A stretch of DNA of 64,000 nucleotides from Chrysomallon squamiferum (lineage: Eukaryota > Animalia > Mollusca): NCBI GenBank assembly GCA_012295275.1, contig CM022676.1:2852001-2916000 (forward strand), read 5' to 3'. The position numbers were made by a program, and so were the translations under genes. Below, piece by piece: positions 40,233 to 54,507 of this stretch. Each line of letters starts with the position of its first letter. Positions within the stretch are counted from its first letter, which is position 1. The notes below the pieces were generated by a model, which worked only from the letters and a program-made list of their open reading frames with translations, searched no databases and was not told the DNA's origin.

Positions 40233-40954
40233 CAGTATTCCCTCGCTATTCGCGGGGGTTACGTTCTTACCCCCCGCGAATAGCGAAAAAACCCGAATAT
40301 TGGATGCAGTTTTAAAACGTCTATTATGAGATTATATACGGTACTAAATGCTTCCCAAACACTTTCTAAAGACACTGTTATTCATTAATACAGTAATAAT
40401 GTAGTAATATTGCATGCAGTTATGTATTTCACGAATGTAGTAATGATAATGTAAACACATTTTAATTTTGTACTGAAACAATATTTTAATCAGAAAGAAA
40501 CGTAAGTACAGGAGGACAGTAACACCGCATAGCATAGTTACCCATACAGTATTACTGTACCGTAAAGTCATTTTCTATGCGTACAACATATGTATTAGAA
40601 TTGACAGAAAGTGTAACAAATTTAAAGGCAAACAGACAGATAAATACAGTACGCACAGTTCAGGTAATAATAATACAATTCAGTAATAATATGCAATTAA
40701 AAACATTATTAATACACGGTCACCAAAAATATGCACTATACATACAGTGTATGCATTTATAAAAAAAATACGTACTGTATTGCAATAATAATTGAAAAAA
40801 TTTGATATTGTTTGTGCGGTTTACCGAGCATTTGTTTTTATGACGTTATGACGCTCGCCTGGTATACCAGCATACGATGCGATAGGGTTAAGAGCCTAAC
40901 CCGCGAATATGCGGGGCCGCGAATGGGGAACCGCGAACAGGTGAGGGTATACTG
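40233..40954. mobile_element. Non-autonomous pogo/Tigger-like (Tc1/mariner superfamily) DNA transposon
   Basis: TIRs CAGTATTCCCTC... / ...GAGGGTATACTG, TA duplicated on both sides, internal CCGCGAAT repeats; paralogous site at ~25562 (ATTTCTATTATTATT) is empty. Confidence 0.85.
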
Positions 40955-42419
40955 TATTATTATTCTATTTCATTATACTATTATTATTACTCTTTTAATG
41001 TTTTGTTTTCTCTCTTTATCAACGTGAATTATAATATTTTGTAACAAAGATGTATTTACATTCGTAAGTTTTAATTGTAAGTAGTAATAATACTTGTACA
41101 TTTTAGCTTAATAAAATGTTTGCAGATAATAACGTACTTTTGTAAGTTTTCAATTGTAAATATGAGAAATTTGGTGTTCATTTTACTATAAAAGGTTAGG
41201 GATATTTAAATCCATAAATAGACAAACAGACAGGACAGAGAGACAGATAACATAGAGAATAGATTATACAAATACAGTTTGAAAACATCACAAAAATAAA
41301 ATTCTTTGAATGTATTTGAAGGAAGCAGTATGAAGAACAATAGATAACAGAGACAGATAGAGAGAGAGAACGTTAGAGAGAGAGAGAGAGAGAGAGAGAG
41401 ATTAAAGTAATCTCACTAATAAAAATTGAAAGTAGGTACGCTTCACGAGATGTAAACATACGTCTATCAGTATGAACAGCTGAGTCTGTGAATCCTGTCT
41501 CTATAGCGTTAAAGATTTTCTAATTAACAGAACTAAAACGACTCACAGTGAGAAAACTTTATATAAAAAGGATCATCACATTCGTTATTTAGCTACAGAA
41601 CAACTGCGATAATAAGAAGCAATGCTATATAAAAACAAATTTCTTTCTTTTTCTTTTTTTCTTTTCTTTTTTTTTAAATTCTTTTTCTATCTCATTTTCT
41701 GTGACATCGAAAAGGAGAACGGAAGAGAAGATCAATCAAGGGAAGATAACTCCGAAATAGTTTATTAGTTGCATGAACACTTTCAAGTAACAAATAATGT
41801 ATATATTTGGCTGTTTTTAATTTTTTTTTTTTTTTTTTTTTTTTACTTAAACGTTTGAATATTCTGTCCTTGGTCTAACCTACCTGTGCACACTGGAATA
41901 TATAGAAACGAACAGGAAAGACACAAAGACTCTTTTACAGAAATGTATACACACGGACACACACTCGTGTACAAAGTTCTACACATTCTCTCACTCGCAT
42001 ACACACTGTGACACACTTAACATTCTCATACATTTGTTTTATATGAAAATGTAATAATAATAATGTTCTGACGGTTTATTTAGATGGTATTAATATTTGC
42101 TTCTCTGTCCTTGTTCTTCTTGTTTAATTTTTTAATTTTTTGGTCTCCCCCCCCATTATTTTGTCATTAACCTCCGTCATGATATTACTATTAGTGGTAG
42201 TAGCATAACAACTCACGTTACACATTCCAATACTCTAGCACATTAATTCTCATATAGTGACACATACTTACATTAAACGCATAATACGGGTAATACTGGT
42301 ATACTCTGACACGTAAATTCTCTCATATTTGTACAGATACTCACACATACATTTACACACACTGGCATAGGCACTCTCGAATACCAAGACATACTTACAC
42401 CACATATATACACTTACAT

Positions 42420-42710
42420 ATTCACTCTGCCACATGAACTCTCTCATACTGAAGCATACTCACACCACACACATTCAAATACTCACTCTGCCACATAAAC
42501 TGTCACATATTCAACCATACTCACACTACACACATTCAAACACTCACTCTGCCACATAAACTGTCACATATTCAACCATACTCACACTACACACATTCAA
42601 ACACTCACTCTGCCACATAAACTGTCACATATTCAACCATACTCACACTATACACATTCAAACTCTCAATCTGCCATATAAACTCTCCCATACTCAGTAT
42701 ATATTCACAC
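42420..42710. repeat. 61-bp minisatellite (~4-5 units)
   Basis: ACTCACTCTGCCACATAAACTGTCACATATTCAACCATACTCACACTACACACATTCAAAC at 42481, 42542 and 42603. Confidence 0.9.
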
Positions 42711-43328
42711 TAAACTTCTAGCTCATCTACTCACGAGTACACACTCAAATACCCACTCACATACACAAGAACTACACACATACACTCGTATACTCACGCT
42801 CAGCGACTTACAGTTTCAATTACCGATATATACATACACTGTGATATACATACAACATTCGTAATCTCGTACACATACACTATACAAATAACCTGACAAA
42901 CTAACACTATCACATCCTCTCATACACAAAACTCTATCACGTTCACACTCAGATAATCACATTATTACAAATACATTCTCAGAATTGCAAACAAATATGC
43001 GTGTACTGTGTAGAAGTATATGTTGTGATGATAAACGTATTCATTGTGGTAACAAAGATGTATGTATTAAGATAATAAAGATGTATCTATTGTGGTAATA
43101 CGTTTAAACATAAATGCTTCAATTTTATCATGATGCATGGATACATTTTTGAAGGCAAATATTATATACTTATCCGATAATGAGCCAGACACATACACGA
43201 TCATACAGGTAACGGATAATTTATATAACTGCATTTCACAAGACAGTAAATATCAGATATATTTATACTTACCAAATAATTAGCCAACGTAATAAAAACT
43301 GGTGACTTAAATATACATTTTAATACTT

Positions 43329-43389
<61 letters not shown>

Positions 43390-43997
43390 TATATATATAT
43401 ATATATATACACAAACATGAATACACACAGACACACAGGTTTTTAAGTATATACATAAAAGTCTGTCTGCTTTGTTCTTTCTCTCTTTCATTTTATATAT
43501 ATATTTACACAACTATGTACAAGTGAAACGTTTCATGATATACAATTATTTACATCTATATGAACACCCCCAAACCCTGTCTAAAACTAATAACCAAGGA
43601 TCACTTTAGACATACTCACTGCCTCATGACAGAGTCAGCGCCAACTTGGTCTACACTGTTGGCTGCTTATACCGCTCTTGGTGTTTAAATCTGGGAGTGG
43701 GCAAGATGAAAGCTTCCCAAACTGTAACTGCCCTAATTAAACCAGCCCCCTCGGTAAAATTCTTACGTGGGCGTAACTCGTCTTCGGCCCCGAAGATCAA
43801 GTATATCTGCATTACCTGACCTGCCCCCTCAGCAATTCGTAGGTGGGTTGAGCCACTCCCCTTCGACTCCTTTGGCAATAACCTGTTCCCCTTCAGTTTA
43901 GTAGGTGGAATTTAACCCTGGGTCAGACGAACCTTAGCTCTGTGATTAGCGGAATAGATACGTCTTTATTATTATAATATATACTTGTTTATTCCAC

Positions 43998-44063
<66 letters not shown>

Positions 44064-44439
44064 CGCAGGTAGAAAAGCTCCTTATGACGTAAAAACATTC
44101 TATTGTAATTTCATAAAATATTTTCTTTCATTTTATTTCATTTTATTTATTTACAGAAATAAAAAAATAAAAATATTAAAACCAAATGAAAATGAAAGAA
44201 CAACAAAAACAATTAAGGAGCGTAAATAAAACAGATTAAACCACTACTATTACTAAGACAACAACTACTAAAACTACTGCTGCTACTACTACTACTAATA
44301 ATAATAACACGACGGAGGTAACTCGCAAAATAGTATTAATATTGCAACAATAACGAGGGACGGGTAAGATGAGAACATTAGAAGAAAACCAAACAAAACA
44401 AAAACAACAACAACAGAAAAGCAGCCATTAATGCCACGT

Positions 44440-45221
44440 AAACAAACTTTCAGAACATTATTATTATTATGAATACTTTGCTCAATATAAATATTTAATT
44501 TCATTACCGAAAATGTAAAGTAATTTTGCCAAACTCGTATTAATACGTATACGATCGATATATAAGAGTTATCGTCCCTGAAGACCTAGATCATATAAAG
44601 CTTGTCAAAGTTCGAGAGGATATTTTTAAAAATAAAAATACATAGTTACATTGATCATTATCTCAATCGTAAAGAGATTTTTTAATTTACTTTTCATAAA
44701 ATAAAATGTGCAGTCTATTGACAAGATAACTATTACTTATTATTATATTTAAAAACTGTTACACTTAATTTCGAAACTTGTATTCATTGTTTTGTTTTCC
44801 TGGAAAGCGCGAGGTGTTTACTGGGAAGTAATGTACACACACGACACACTTCTAAGGTGACGTTTCTACAAGGTAAGTTTTTGTTTTTATTAGAAACAGA
44901 GGTTTATGTTACTGCTGATTTTTCTGTAGATACATTTCGAAACCTAATAGTGTATTTAAAACAAACACAGTGAAACAGTGGTTATTTGTTGAAGGTATGC
45001 AGTATATTTTGGTTGTATATATAATGAATACAGTTTGCATGTAATGAATTTTGTCACGTAGTACAGTGGCCTCTTTAACAATGATTATCAAACTTTACCT
45101 CCAAGAAAATACGCCGTTACAACAACAAAGATGATAATGACCATGCTGATAATGATAATGATAATGGTAATAATTAGAGTAATAATAATATTAATCATTA
45201 TAATGATGATAATAATAATGA

Positions 45222-45279
<58 letters not shown>

Positions 45280-47548
45280 TAGTAATAATAATAAGAAGAA
45301 TAATAATAATAAGAAGAAGAATAATAAAAGAAGAAGAAGAAGAATATTCAAATAATGAATAAATAAATAAATAAATTTAAAACTAAACAGTGAAAAATTA
45401 ATAATAAATACAAATATTTACAGCACACATTGCTGAAGGTGACGTTTATATTTTATTTGTTTTAGAAACAAAGATTATTGCCATTATTGCCTTTTTCTGT
45501 AGATATATTTCTTAACTTAAGTCTGTTTAAAACAAATACAATGAAGTGTTGGTTATTTCAGTATTTGTCTGTTCACAGTTGTTTTCATTGTTGTCTCTTC
45601 GCCATTGCTTGTCGCCATATCCACTGCGTCAGCAAACCAAAGTGTGAAGCTGACATCTAGTTCAGCTAAAATATAATTCAGAGCTTCAAATGTAGATAGA
45701 TATCAGTTTTATTTATTTATTTTATTTCTATTATTAGCAACTAGGAAACACCCTGTAATCCGCCATTTGATTAAAGAGTCTTTGATATAGTTTGTCACGT
45801 AGTACTTTGACCTAGTTAACAATTATTATCAAACTTTAACTTTGAGGAAGTTCAGCGCTCAGTGAGTCGTAAACTAATGTAGATAACAAAAGCAACAACA
45901 ACAACAACAATAACATAATAATAATTTCATTTATTAATTTATTTCTATTATTAGCAACTGGGAAACACCCCATAATCCGCCCCTTGAGTAAAGAATGTAT
46001 GAGATCGAGTTTGTCACGTAGTACAGTGACCTAGTTAACTGTTATTATCAAACTTAACTTCGAGAAAGTTCTATATATAAGCCCAAATCTAAATAAACTG
46101 TCGGTTAAAACATGGCGGATGTGAGAATTATTCTGGACATAAATAGTTAATTTCAATAGCAAGAAAAATAATGTCGAAGGTTTTTTAATACTTTAATGAT
46201 CAATGTTTGCATAAGAGTTGTCTTCCCCGAAACACCTAGATCACAAAAAGCAGGTCAAAGTTCCAATGGATAACTTATAAAAGTAAAAATTCTTAATTAT
46301 CTTAATAATTATCTGAATCACAAAGTGATTTTTTTATTTATTTTTCGTAAAATAAAATTAGGAATAAATTAAGATGATAACTGCTGCTTATCTTTATTTC
46401 GAAAAGAGTTAATTTGAAATTCAAAGTACGATTTATTGCTTTATTTTCCTAGAAAAAGTCAGATGATTACTAGGAAGTAATTTACATACAGGACACACTG
46501 CTGAAAGTGACGTTTCTAGAAGGTAAGTTTTTCTTTTCGTTACAAACAAAGATTTTCCTCATTACTGATTTTTCTGTAGATATATTTTGAAACCTAATTA
46601 TCCATTTGAAACAAATACAGTGCAATAGTGGTTATTTGCTGAAGGTTTGCAGTGTGTTTTGGATGTATACATAAAGAATAGAAATATCTGTAAACGATTT
46701 TGCCACGGAGTACTGTGACCTAGTTAACAATGTTATCAAACTTTACCTTCGAGAATATTCGCGGCTGAGAAATCGGAAAACAAGATATAACAATAACCTG
46801 GAACATCTGAGTTTTCTCACTGAAAATAAATATTTAATTTTATTACCCACTCCGACGGAGACGACATTCTTCTCTTTAATTTACACACAGCACACTTTGC
46901 TGAAGACGACATTAACAGAAGGTAAGTTTTTCATTCTGTTATAAAGAAAGGGTTTGCTTATTACTGATTTTTCTCTAGATGCATTTCCAAACGTAACTGT
47001 CAGTTTAAAACAAATACAGTGAAATCTTGGTTATGTGTTGAATGTATGCAATGTGTATTGGATGTACATGTAATGAATACAGGGGAGGATCAGTCTTTAG
47101 ATAAGGAATGTTTGCGATACAATAACTAAATGTTCCTAATTTGAAATTATAAATTTTACACCATATCCACTGCGTCAGCAAACCAAAGTGTGAAGCTGAC
47201 ATCTAGTTCAGCTAAAATATCATTCACAGCTTCAAATGTAGACAGATATCAGTTTTATCTACTGGTTTTATTTCTATTATTAGCAACTCGGAAACACCCC
47301 ATTACCCGCCACTTGAGTAAAGAATGTAAGAGATCGAGTTTGTCACGTAGTACAGTGACCTAGTTAACTGTTATTATCGAACTTTACCTTCGAGAAAGGT
47401 CGCCGCTATAATAATAATAATAATAATAACAATAATAATAATAATGAAAAAGAGAATGATAAAAGTATTAAAAAATAATGATAACATGAAGTAAAAGTAA
47501 GGAAAAAATCCAACATAAGACCCCTCACCCACCAAAAATAAAAAAAAA

Positions 47549-47596
<48 letters not shown>

Positions 47597-48315
47597 AAAA
47601 AATAAAAAATAAAAATTAAACAATTGAAAAGAATGGAAGTATTTTTTTTTTTTTTTTTTAATTTAAAATGTTAAAAATTAAAAGAATTTAAATAAAGAAT
47701 AAACCCAAATTATCTGAGTAACGTATCAGCTACAACATGGGAGATCTGAGATTATTCTGGATATAGATGTTTAATTTCATTACCAAGGAAAATAATTTTA
47801 TCTTCCCTGAAACGCCTAGATCATACAAAACAGGTCAAAGTTCGGATGGATAACTTTTAAAAAATAAAACTACTCAGTTACGTTAATAATTATTTCAATG
47901 GTAAAGTGATTTTTAATTTAGTTTTCATAAAATGAAAATAGGAATAAATTAAGATGATAACTAGTACTTATCATTATTTCTAAAAGAGTTAATTTAAAAT
48001 TAAAAGTAGTATTTATTGCTTTGTTTTCCTTGAAAAAAGTCAGATGTTTACTACGAAGTAATTTACATACAGGACACACTGCTGAAGGTGACGTTTCTAG
48101 AAGGTAAGTTTTTCTTTTCGTTAGAAACAAATATTTTTCTTATTACTGATTTTTCGTAACGTAATTGTCTCTTTAAAACAAATACAGGTAATAGTGGTTA
48201 TTTGTTGAAGGTTTGTATACTAAAGAATACTGAATGTATATAATGCATTTTGACACCTAGTACAGTGATCTTGTCATAAATGTTTATAAAAATGTACCTT
48301 CGAGAAGATGCGCCG
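44440..48315. repeat. Upstream module array 5
   Basis: A cores near 44565, 46214, 47798; B cores near 45643, 47189; end motifs near 45100, 46059, 46748, 47389, 48299. Confidence 0.9.
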
Positions 48316-48335
48316 TTATAATAATAATAATAATA

Positions 48336-48378
<43 letters not shown>

Positions 48379-48499
48379 TAATAATAATAATAATAATGTT
48401 AATGAGGGTAATAATAAAGAAAATAATACAAAAAATTGATGATGATGATAATGATGATGGTAATGATGATGATAATAATAATAATATTGATAATAATAA

Positions 48500-48530
<31 letters not shown>

Positions 48531-48914
48531 AAAAAGAAGACGAAGATGATGATGAGGAAGAAAATGAATATTCAAATAATAAATAAATAAATAAATAAAT
48601 AAATTTAAAAACACAACTGAACAATGAGAAATTGATAATAAATAAACCTACATTTATATTCTGTATTAATACAGTGTTACTGAAACTACACTCCAGCAAA
48701 AATAAATACATATGAAAACACAGACACACACAAATACAAACACAAATTATGACAATAAATGAAAAGATAAGAAAGAGCTACAGATTAACAATAGCAGCTT
48801 TTTGCAAGAAAATTGTAAAACAAGTCTACAAATAAAAGCTTTGTTTATGGCTAACGTGACCGTGAACATGTGTGTCAATAACTGGGTCGCTGATGGCGTT
48901 ATCACGTAAAGCTG

Positions 48915-49006
<92 letters not shown>

Positions 49007-49123
49007 TATACACACGCATGCACACACAGAGACTCTCAGACAGGTACACAGTTTTTTGTCTATTTACTTTAAAATAAATACTATTTTCTGTTGTTATAAT
49101 TTTATTCATTCAGTGATAACAAA

Positions 49124-49422
49124 ATGGCTGCAGCAGAAGTAACCACCAATCAAGAAACAGAAGTAAAATCTACTTCCGGTTTTGTTGATAACTGGCAACA
49201 TGAACGAACTATCATTGAAAGTCTCCGATATTCTCTCAAGGAAAACATTCTCTGTGACGTCACATTCATTGTCGGAGAGGACAGGACACGTATCCAAGCT
49301 CACAAGTTGATACTCAGTCTGCGCAGCTGTGTGTTTCAAGCCATGTTGACAGGAGATCTGAAAGAACAGGATGATATTGTAATCCCAGACACTGTAGCTG
49401 AAATTTTTCACTTGTTTTTACA
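49124..49422 (+). pseudogene. BTB-BACK-PHR copy 5, exon 1 (intact exon of a disrupted gene)
   Basis: BTB motif, phase-2 donor CA|GTAAGA. Confidence 0.8.
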
Positions 49423-49508
49423 GTAAGAAATTAGTGTCCAGTTTATTTGATTTTTTAACAGATTTATTTATTTATTTATTTATTTATTAATAATAATAAT
49501 AATAACAA

Positions 49509-49543
<35 letters not shown>

Positions 49544-49921
49544 CTATGATTATTATTATTATTTTATCTTATGGTAATGCATACAGAGATATCTATTATA
49601 TGCATATAAGTTTCTATGTATGTGTCCAAGTATATATGTGTGTATGTATGTAGGTACGTACGGGTGCATGTATGTATGTATGTAATATAATTTATCAGTA
49701 GAAATGTCTGTTGTCCGTATGAATATATGTTTGCATGTATATACAATTATTATGCATCTATGACATTTGTATGTTCATATTTTTGAGCATGTATTTATAC
49801 CATCTTCTATTAGTTGTGTGTATGTAAGTATGTATGTATGTATATATGTGTGTGTGTGCGTGTGTGTTTGTGCGTCTTTTTGTGTGTGATTGTTGATAAA
49901 AAAAAGATGAATATTTTCCAG

Positions 49922-52900
49922 ATTTCTTTACTCTGATGAAACCTACTTTAAAGACGACAACGTAATCGGGTTATTGTACCTTGCCAGGAAGTATGACGTC
50001 ACGACTCTAGAAAAGAGATGTCTTAACTATCTTCAAAACAAAATAAAGACAAACAACGTATGCTTCCTATTGGAAGAAACACACTCTTACAAACAAGATG
50101 ATTTCATGAAAACATCTCTAAAATACATTTTTGAAAACGGCGAAGCTGTACTGAATTCAGAGAGTTTCACAGATCTCTGTCGTGAATGTTTTAGAAACAT
50201 AATTGAATCTGGTGATCTGAACGCCACTGAGGAGACAGTTTTTCAGTCATGCATGAAATGGAGTGAAGCTGAGTGCAGACGACAGGAAAAAGAAATAACA
50301 TCAGAAAACCAACGTGAAATGCTGGGAAAAGAGCTGTACCTCATTCGCTTTCCTCTTCTCGAGAGAGAATATTTTGAAGAGAAGATTTTGCCCACAGATC
50401 TTTTGTCTGAATCTGAGGCATTTAAAATCATGCGTTCCTATGTCTACCCAGAAAAGATGTGTCACTTTTCACCAAAAATCCCAGAGTTGGTACAAATCGA
50501 AATTTGATCAAAATTGACAGATTTGAAAATGTTTGTGTCCAGGGCGTCGATGATGATTTAACCTGGTACTCCGATACGATAACATTTTCTTTAAACATGA
50601 ATGCATTTTTGAAAGGCTTTAGTATTATTACTTTTCCAAGAAAAAGTAATCAACAATACGTAGTCTCTGGTTGTCCAGATGATGTACCAGCAATTGATCA
50701 CAAATACGTAGTCTCTGGTTGTCCAGATGATGTACCAGCAATTGATCACAAATACGTAGCATCTGGTTCTCCAGATGATTTACCAGCAATTTATCACAAA
50801 TACGTAGTCTTTGGTTGTGCAGATGATGTACCAGCAATTGATCACAAATACGTAGCCTCTGATTATCCAGATGATGTACCAGCAATTGATCACAAATACG
50901 TAGCCTCTGATTATCCAGATGATTTACCAGCAACTGATCACAAATACGTAGCCTCTGATTGTCCAGATGATGTACCAGCAATTGATCACAAATACGTAGT
51001 CTTTGGTTGTACAGATGATGTACCAGCAATTGATCACAAATACGTAGCCTCTGATTATCCAGATGATGTACCAGCAATTGATCACAAATACGTAGTCTTT
51101 GGTTGTACAGATGATGTACCAGCAATTGATCACAAATACGTAGTCTCTGGTTGTCCAGATGATGTACCAGCAATTGATCACAAATACGTAGCATCTGGTT
51201 CTCCAGATGATTTACCAGCAATTTATCACAAATACGTAGTCTTTGGTTGTTACCAGCAATTGATCACAGCCTCTGATTATCCAGATGATGTACCAGCAAT
51301 TGATCACAAATACGTAGCCTCTGATTATCCAGATGATTTGCAACTGATTACGTAGCCTCTGATTGTCCAGATGATGTACCAGCAATTGATCACAAATACG
51401 TAGTCTTTGGTTGTACAGATGATGTACCAGCAATTGATCACAAATACGTAGCCTCTGATTATCCAGATGATGTACCAGCAATTGATCACAAATACGTAGT
51501 CTTTGGTTGTACAGATGATGTACCAGCAACTGATCACAAATACGTAGCCTCTGATTGTACAGATGATGTACCAGCAATTGATCACAAATACGTAGTCTTT
51601 GGTTGTACAGATGATGTACCAGCAACTGATCACAAATACGTAGCCTCTGATTATCCAGATGATTTACCAGCAACAGATCACAAATACGTAGCCTCTGATT
51701 ATCCAGATGATTTACCAGCAATTGATCACAAATACGTAGCCTCTGATTATCCAGATGATTTACCAGCAATTGATCACAAATACGTAGCCTCTGATTATCC
51801 AGATGATTTACCAGCAATTGATCACAAATACGTAGCCTCTGATTGTCCGGATGATGTACCAGCAATTGATCACAAATACGTAGTCTTTGGTTGTACAGAT
51901 GATGTACCAGCAATTGATCACAAATACGTAGCCTCTGATTATCCAGATGATGTACCAGCAATTGATCACAAATACGTAGTCTTTGGTTGTACAGATGATG
52001 TACCAGCAACTGATCACAAATACGTAGCCTCTGATTGTACAGATGATGTACCAGCAATTGATCACAAATACGTAGTCTTTGGTTGTACAGATGATGTACC
52101 AGCAACTGATCACAAATACGTAGCCTCTGATTATCCAGATGATTTACCAGCAACTGATCACAAATACGTAGCCTCTGATTATCCAGATGATTTACCAGCA
52201 ATTGATCACAAATACGTAGCCTCTGATTATCCAGATGATTTACCAGCAATTGATCACAAATACGTAGCCTCTGATTATCCAGATGATTTACCAGCAATTG
52301 ATCACAAATACGTAGCCTCTGATTATCCAGATGATGTACCAGCAATTGATCACAAATACGTAGTCTTTGGTTGTACAGATGATGTACCAGCAACTGATCA
52401 CAAATACGTAGCCTCTGATTGTACAGATGATGTACCAGCAATTGATCACAAATACGTAGTCTTTGGTTGTACAGATGATGTACCAGCAACTGATCACAAA
52501 TACGTAGCCTCTGATTATCCAGATGATTTACCAGCAATTGATCACAAATACGTAGCCTCTGATTATCCAGATGATTTACCAGCAATTGATCACAAATACG
52601 TAGCCTCTGATTATCCAGATGATGTACCAGCAATTGATCACACATACGTAGTCTTTGGTTGTACAGATGATGTACCAGCAACTGATCACAAATACGTAGC
52701 CTCTGATTGTACAGATGATGTACCAGCAATTGATCACAAATACGTAGTCTTTGGTTGTACAGATGATGTACCAGCAACTGATCACAAATACGTAGCATCT
52801 GGTTATCCAGATGATGTACCAGCAACTGATCACAAATACGTAGCATCTGGTTCTCCAGATGATGTACCAGCAACTGATCACAAATACGTAGTCTTTGGTT

Positions 52901-53388
52901 GTACAGATGATGTACCAGCAATTGATCACAAATACGTAGCATCTGGTTATCCAGATGATGTACCAGCAATTGATCACAAATACGTAGCCTCTGGATATCC
53001 ATATCCTGTAGAAATAAGGAAACAACACACTCAAGGGTTTGGTATTTCATGTGCTCCATTAGAAAGTGAAAAATCAGTTTCAATCAAAGCCAGTGTTTGT
53101 GAAGTTTCGACAGATGTGATAGTGCCAGGATCTTCAGTTGAGAAACAAATCCGCAAGTCTGTTTTTGATATTGATTTTCCAAGTCCTTTAGACATAAAGA
53201 AAGACACAGAGTATAAACTGAGTGTTAAAACTCAAGGAAGGGTTAGATGTAAAACAGTGAACAGACAAGGTGAGCTACGTGAAGGCTTTCTGAAGTGTAC
53301 TTTCTCAGATAGCAAACAATGTTCGCATACTGGTGGGACATTCGAGACTAAAACAAATGTTGTATCGCGATTAAAATTCCTTGTGTGA
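49922..53388 (+). pseudogene. BTB-BACK-PHR copy 5, exon 2, disrupted
   Basis: TTCCAG|ATTTCTTTAC acceptor; 1-nt deletion at ~50455 (CCAGAAAAGATGTG vs CCAGAGAAAGAT); ~2.4 kb insertion after FPRKS; PHR resumes ~53065 (SIKASVCEVSTD..VSRLKFLV*). Confidence 0.85.
50653..52997. repeat. 48-bp minisatellite, ~49 units, with higher-order periodicity
   Basis: Unit CAAATACGTAGCCTCTGATTATCCAGATGATGTACCAGCAATTGATCA and variants; the block from 51361 recurs at 51841 (480 bp = 10 units). Confidence 0.95.
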
Positions 53389-54215
53389 ATTTGATTTGCA
53401 TTCTATTTATATGACATGTTATTGCTGTAGCAATCATACATTATAAATACAGATTATAAATCATATTATTATTAATAGCAGTATGATTAATATTGTAAAT
53501 GTTGTCTATATACACGTACATACACTCATACATAGACACATATACACACGCACTCATTCATACACACATATACATATACACTCACACATACACATTCACG
53601 AAAATACTCGTAGATATGCACGCATACACATAACCCAAAAACACACGTACACTCATAAACGCACATATACGAACACCCACAAACACACCTACATACGTAC
53701 ACTTATAAAGACTCATAAACATACACAAACTCAGCAGCTCGTAAAACTTTAGAATAAAAGTTGAAAACAATAATACACAAACAATGTGGAAATTTCAAAG
53801 ACAAAATGGATTACTTACGGACGAGGAATTTCACTTTCGTTTCGGTAGAAAATTATTATTTTACATTCAGAACAAGAAAGAACATGACTTAACTGACTGA
53901 AAAAAGCCCGGATAAACTTTTTGTATATTAACTTTGCAGTGATAATTTTAATTGCTGTTTTAGATAATAGTTTTATTATTAATTTCATTGTCTCATAATT
54001 TTTCACTGTTCATGGAAACATTTATCAAAATAACGTGTCATTTGTGTGTTTTAATCAAGATTTTTGTAAAATTGTTTGGTTTAACTCCGATTCCGGGCTA
54101 AAGCTAAAAATCAAGGGAAATCACTCTGGGAAAACAGAACAACTTATTTCATCAGAGTTATGTATTAATTTAATTTAATTTAATTTAATTAATTAATTTA
54201 TTTATTTATTTAAAT

Positions 54216-54507
54216 CAATGGTTTTTAACCTTTTTCATACCGCGACCCCTTATGAGCAACTCAATATGACGGATGACATGCTTTAAAATTTTGGATTCAA
54301 TAATATCTAGGGTTACCATATTTTCACCAACCAAAGACAGCATGAAAGGAATCTATATTCTCTATGACGGGTCTCAAACGTATCTACCCGTTTTTATTTA
54401 TACCTTCTTCCAAGTCAAGTTGATAAAAGCTGAAACATACCCTCGCTCAAGAACCATCTCCCAGCTCCGAGAAAAAAAGGCTGGCAAACCCAGGTTGAAA
54501 ACCTATT
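54216..54507. mobile_element. hAT (Charlie/MER5-like) MITE
   Basis: Imperfect TIRs CAATGGTTTTTAACCT / AGGTTGAAAACCTATT, flanks ATTTAAAT / TTCTAAAT; absent from paralogous flanks at ~38280 and ~39300. Confidence 0.65.

Noticed and set aside
50850-50900. HA-tag-like YPDDVP (synthetic construct)
   Set aside because: Only partial resemblance to YPYDVPDYA; variant units and no vector sequence
50653-52997. CRISPR array
   Set aside because: Units are contiguous 48-mers with no unique spacers, there are no cas genes, and the context is eukaryotic
51212-53083. 623-aa minus-strand ORF as a real protein
   Set aside because: It is the reverse frame of a stop-free 48-bp unit inserted inside a + strand exon
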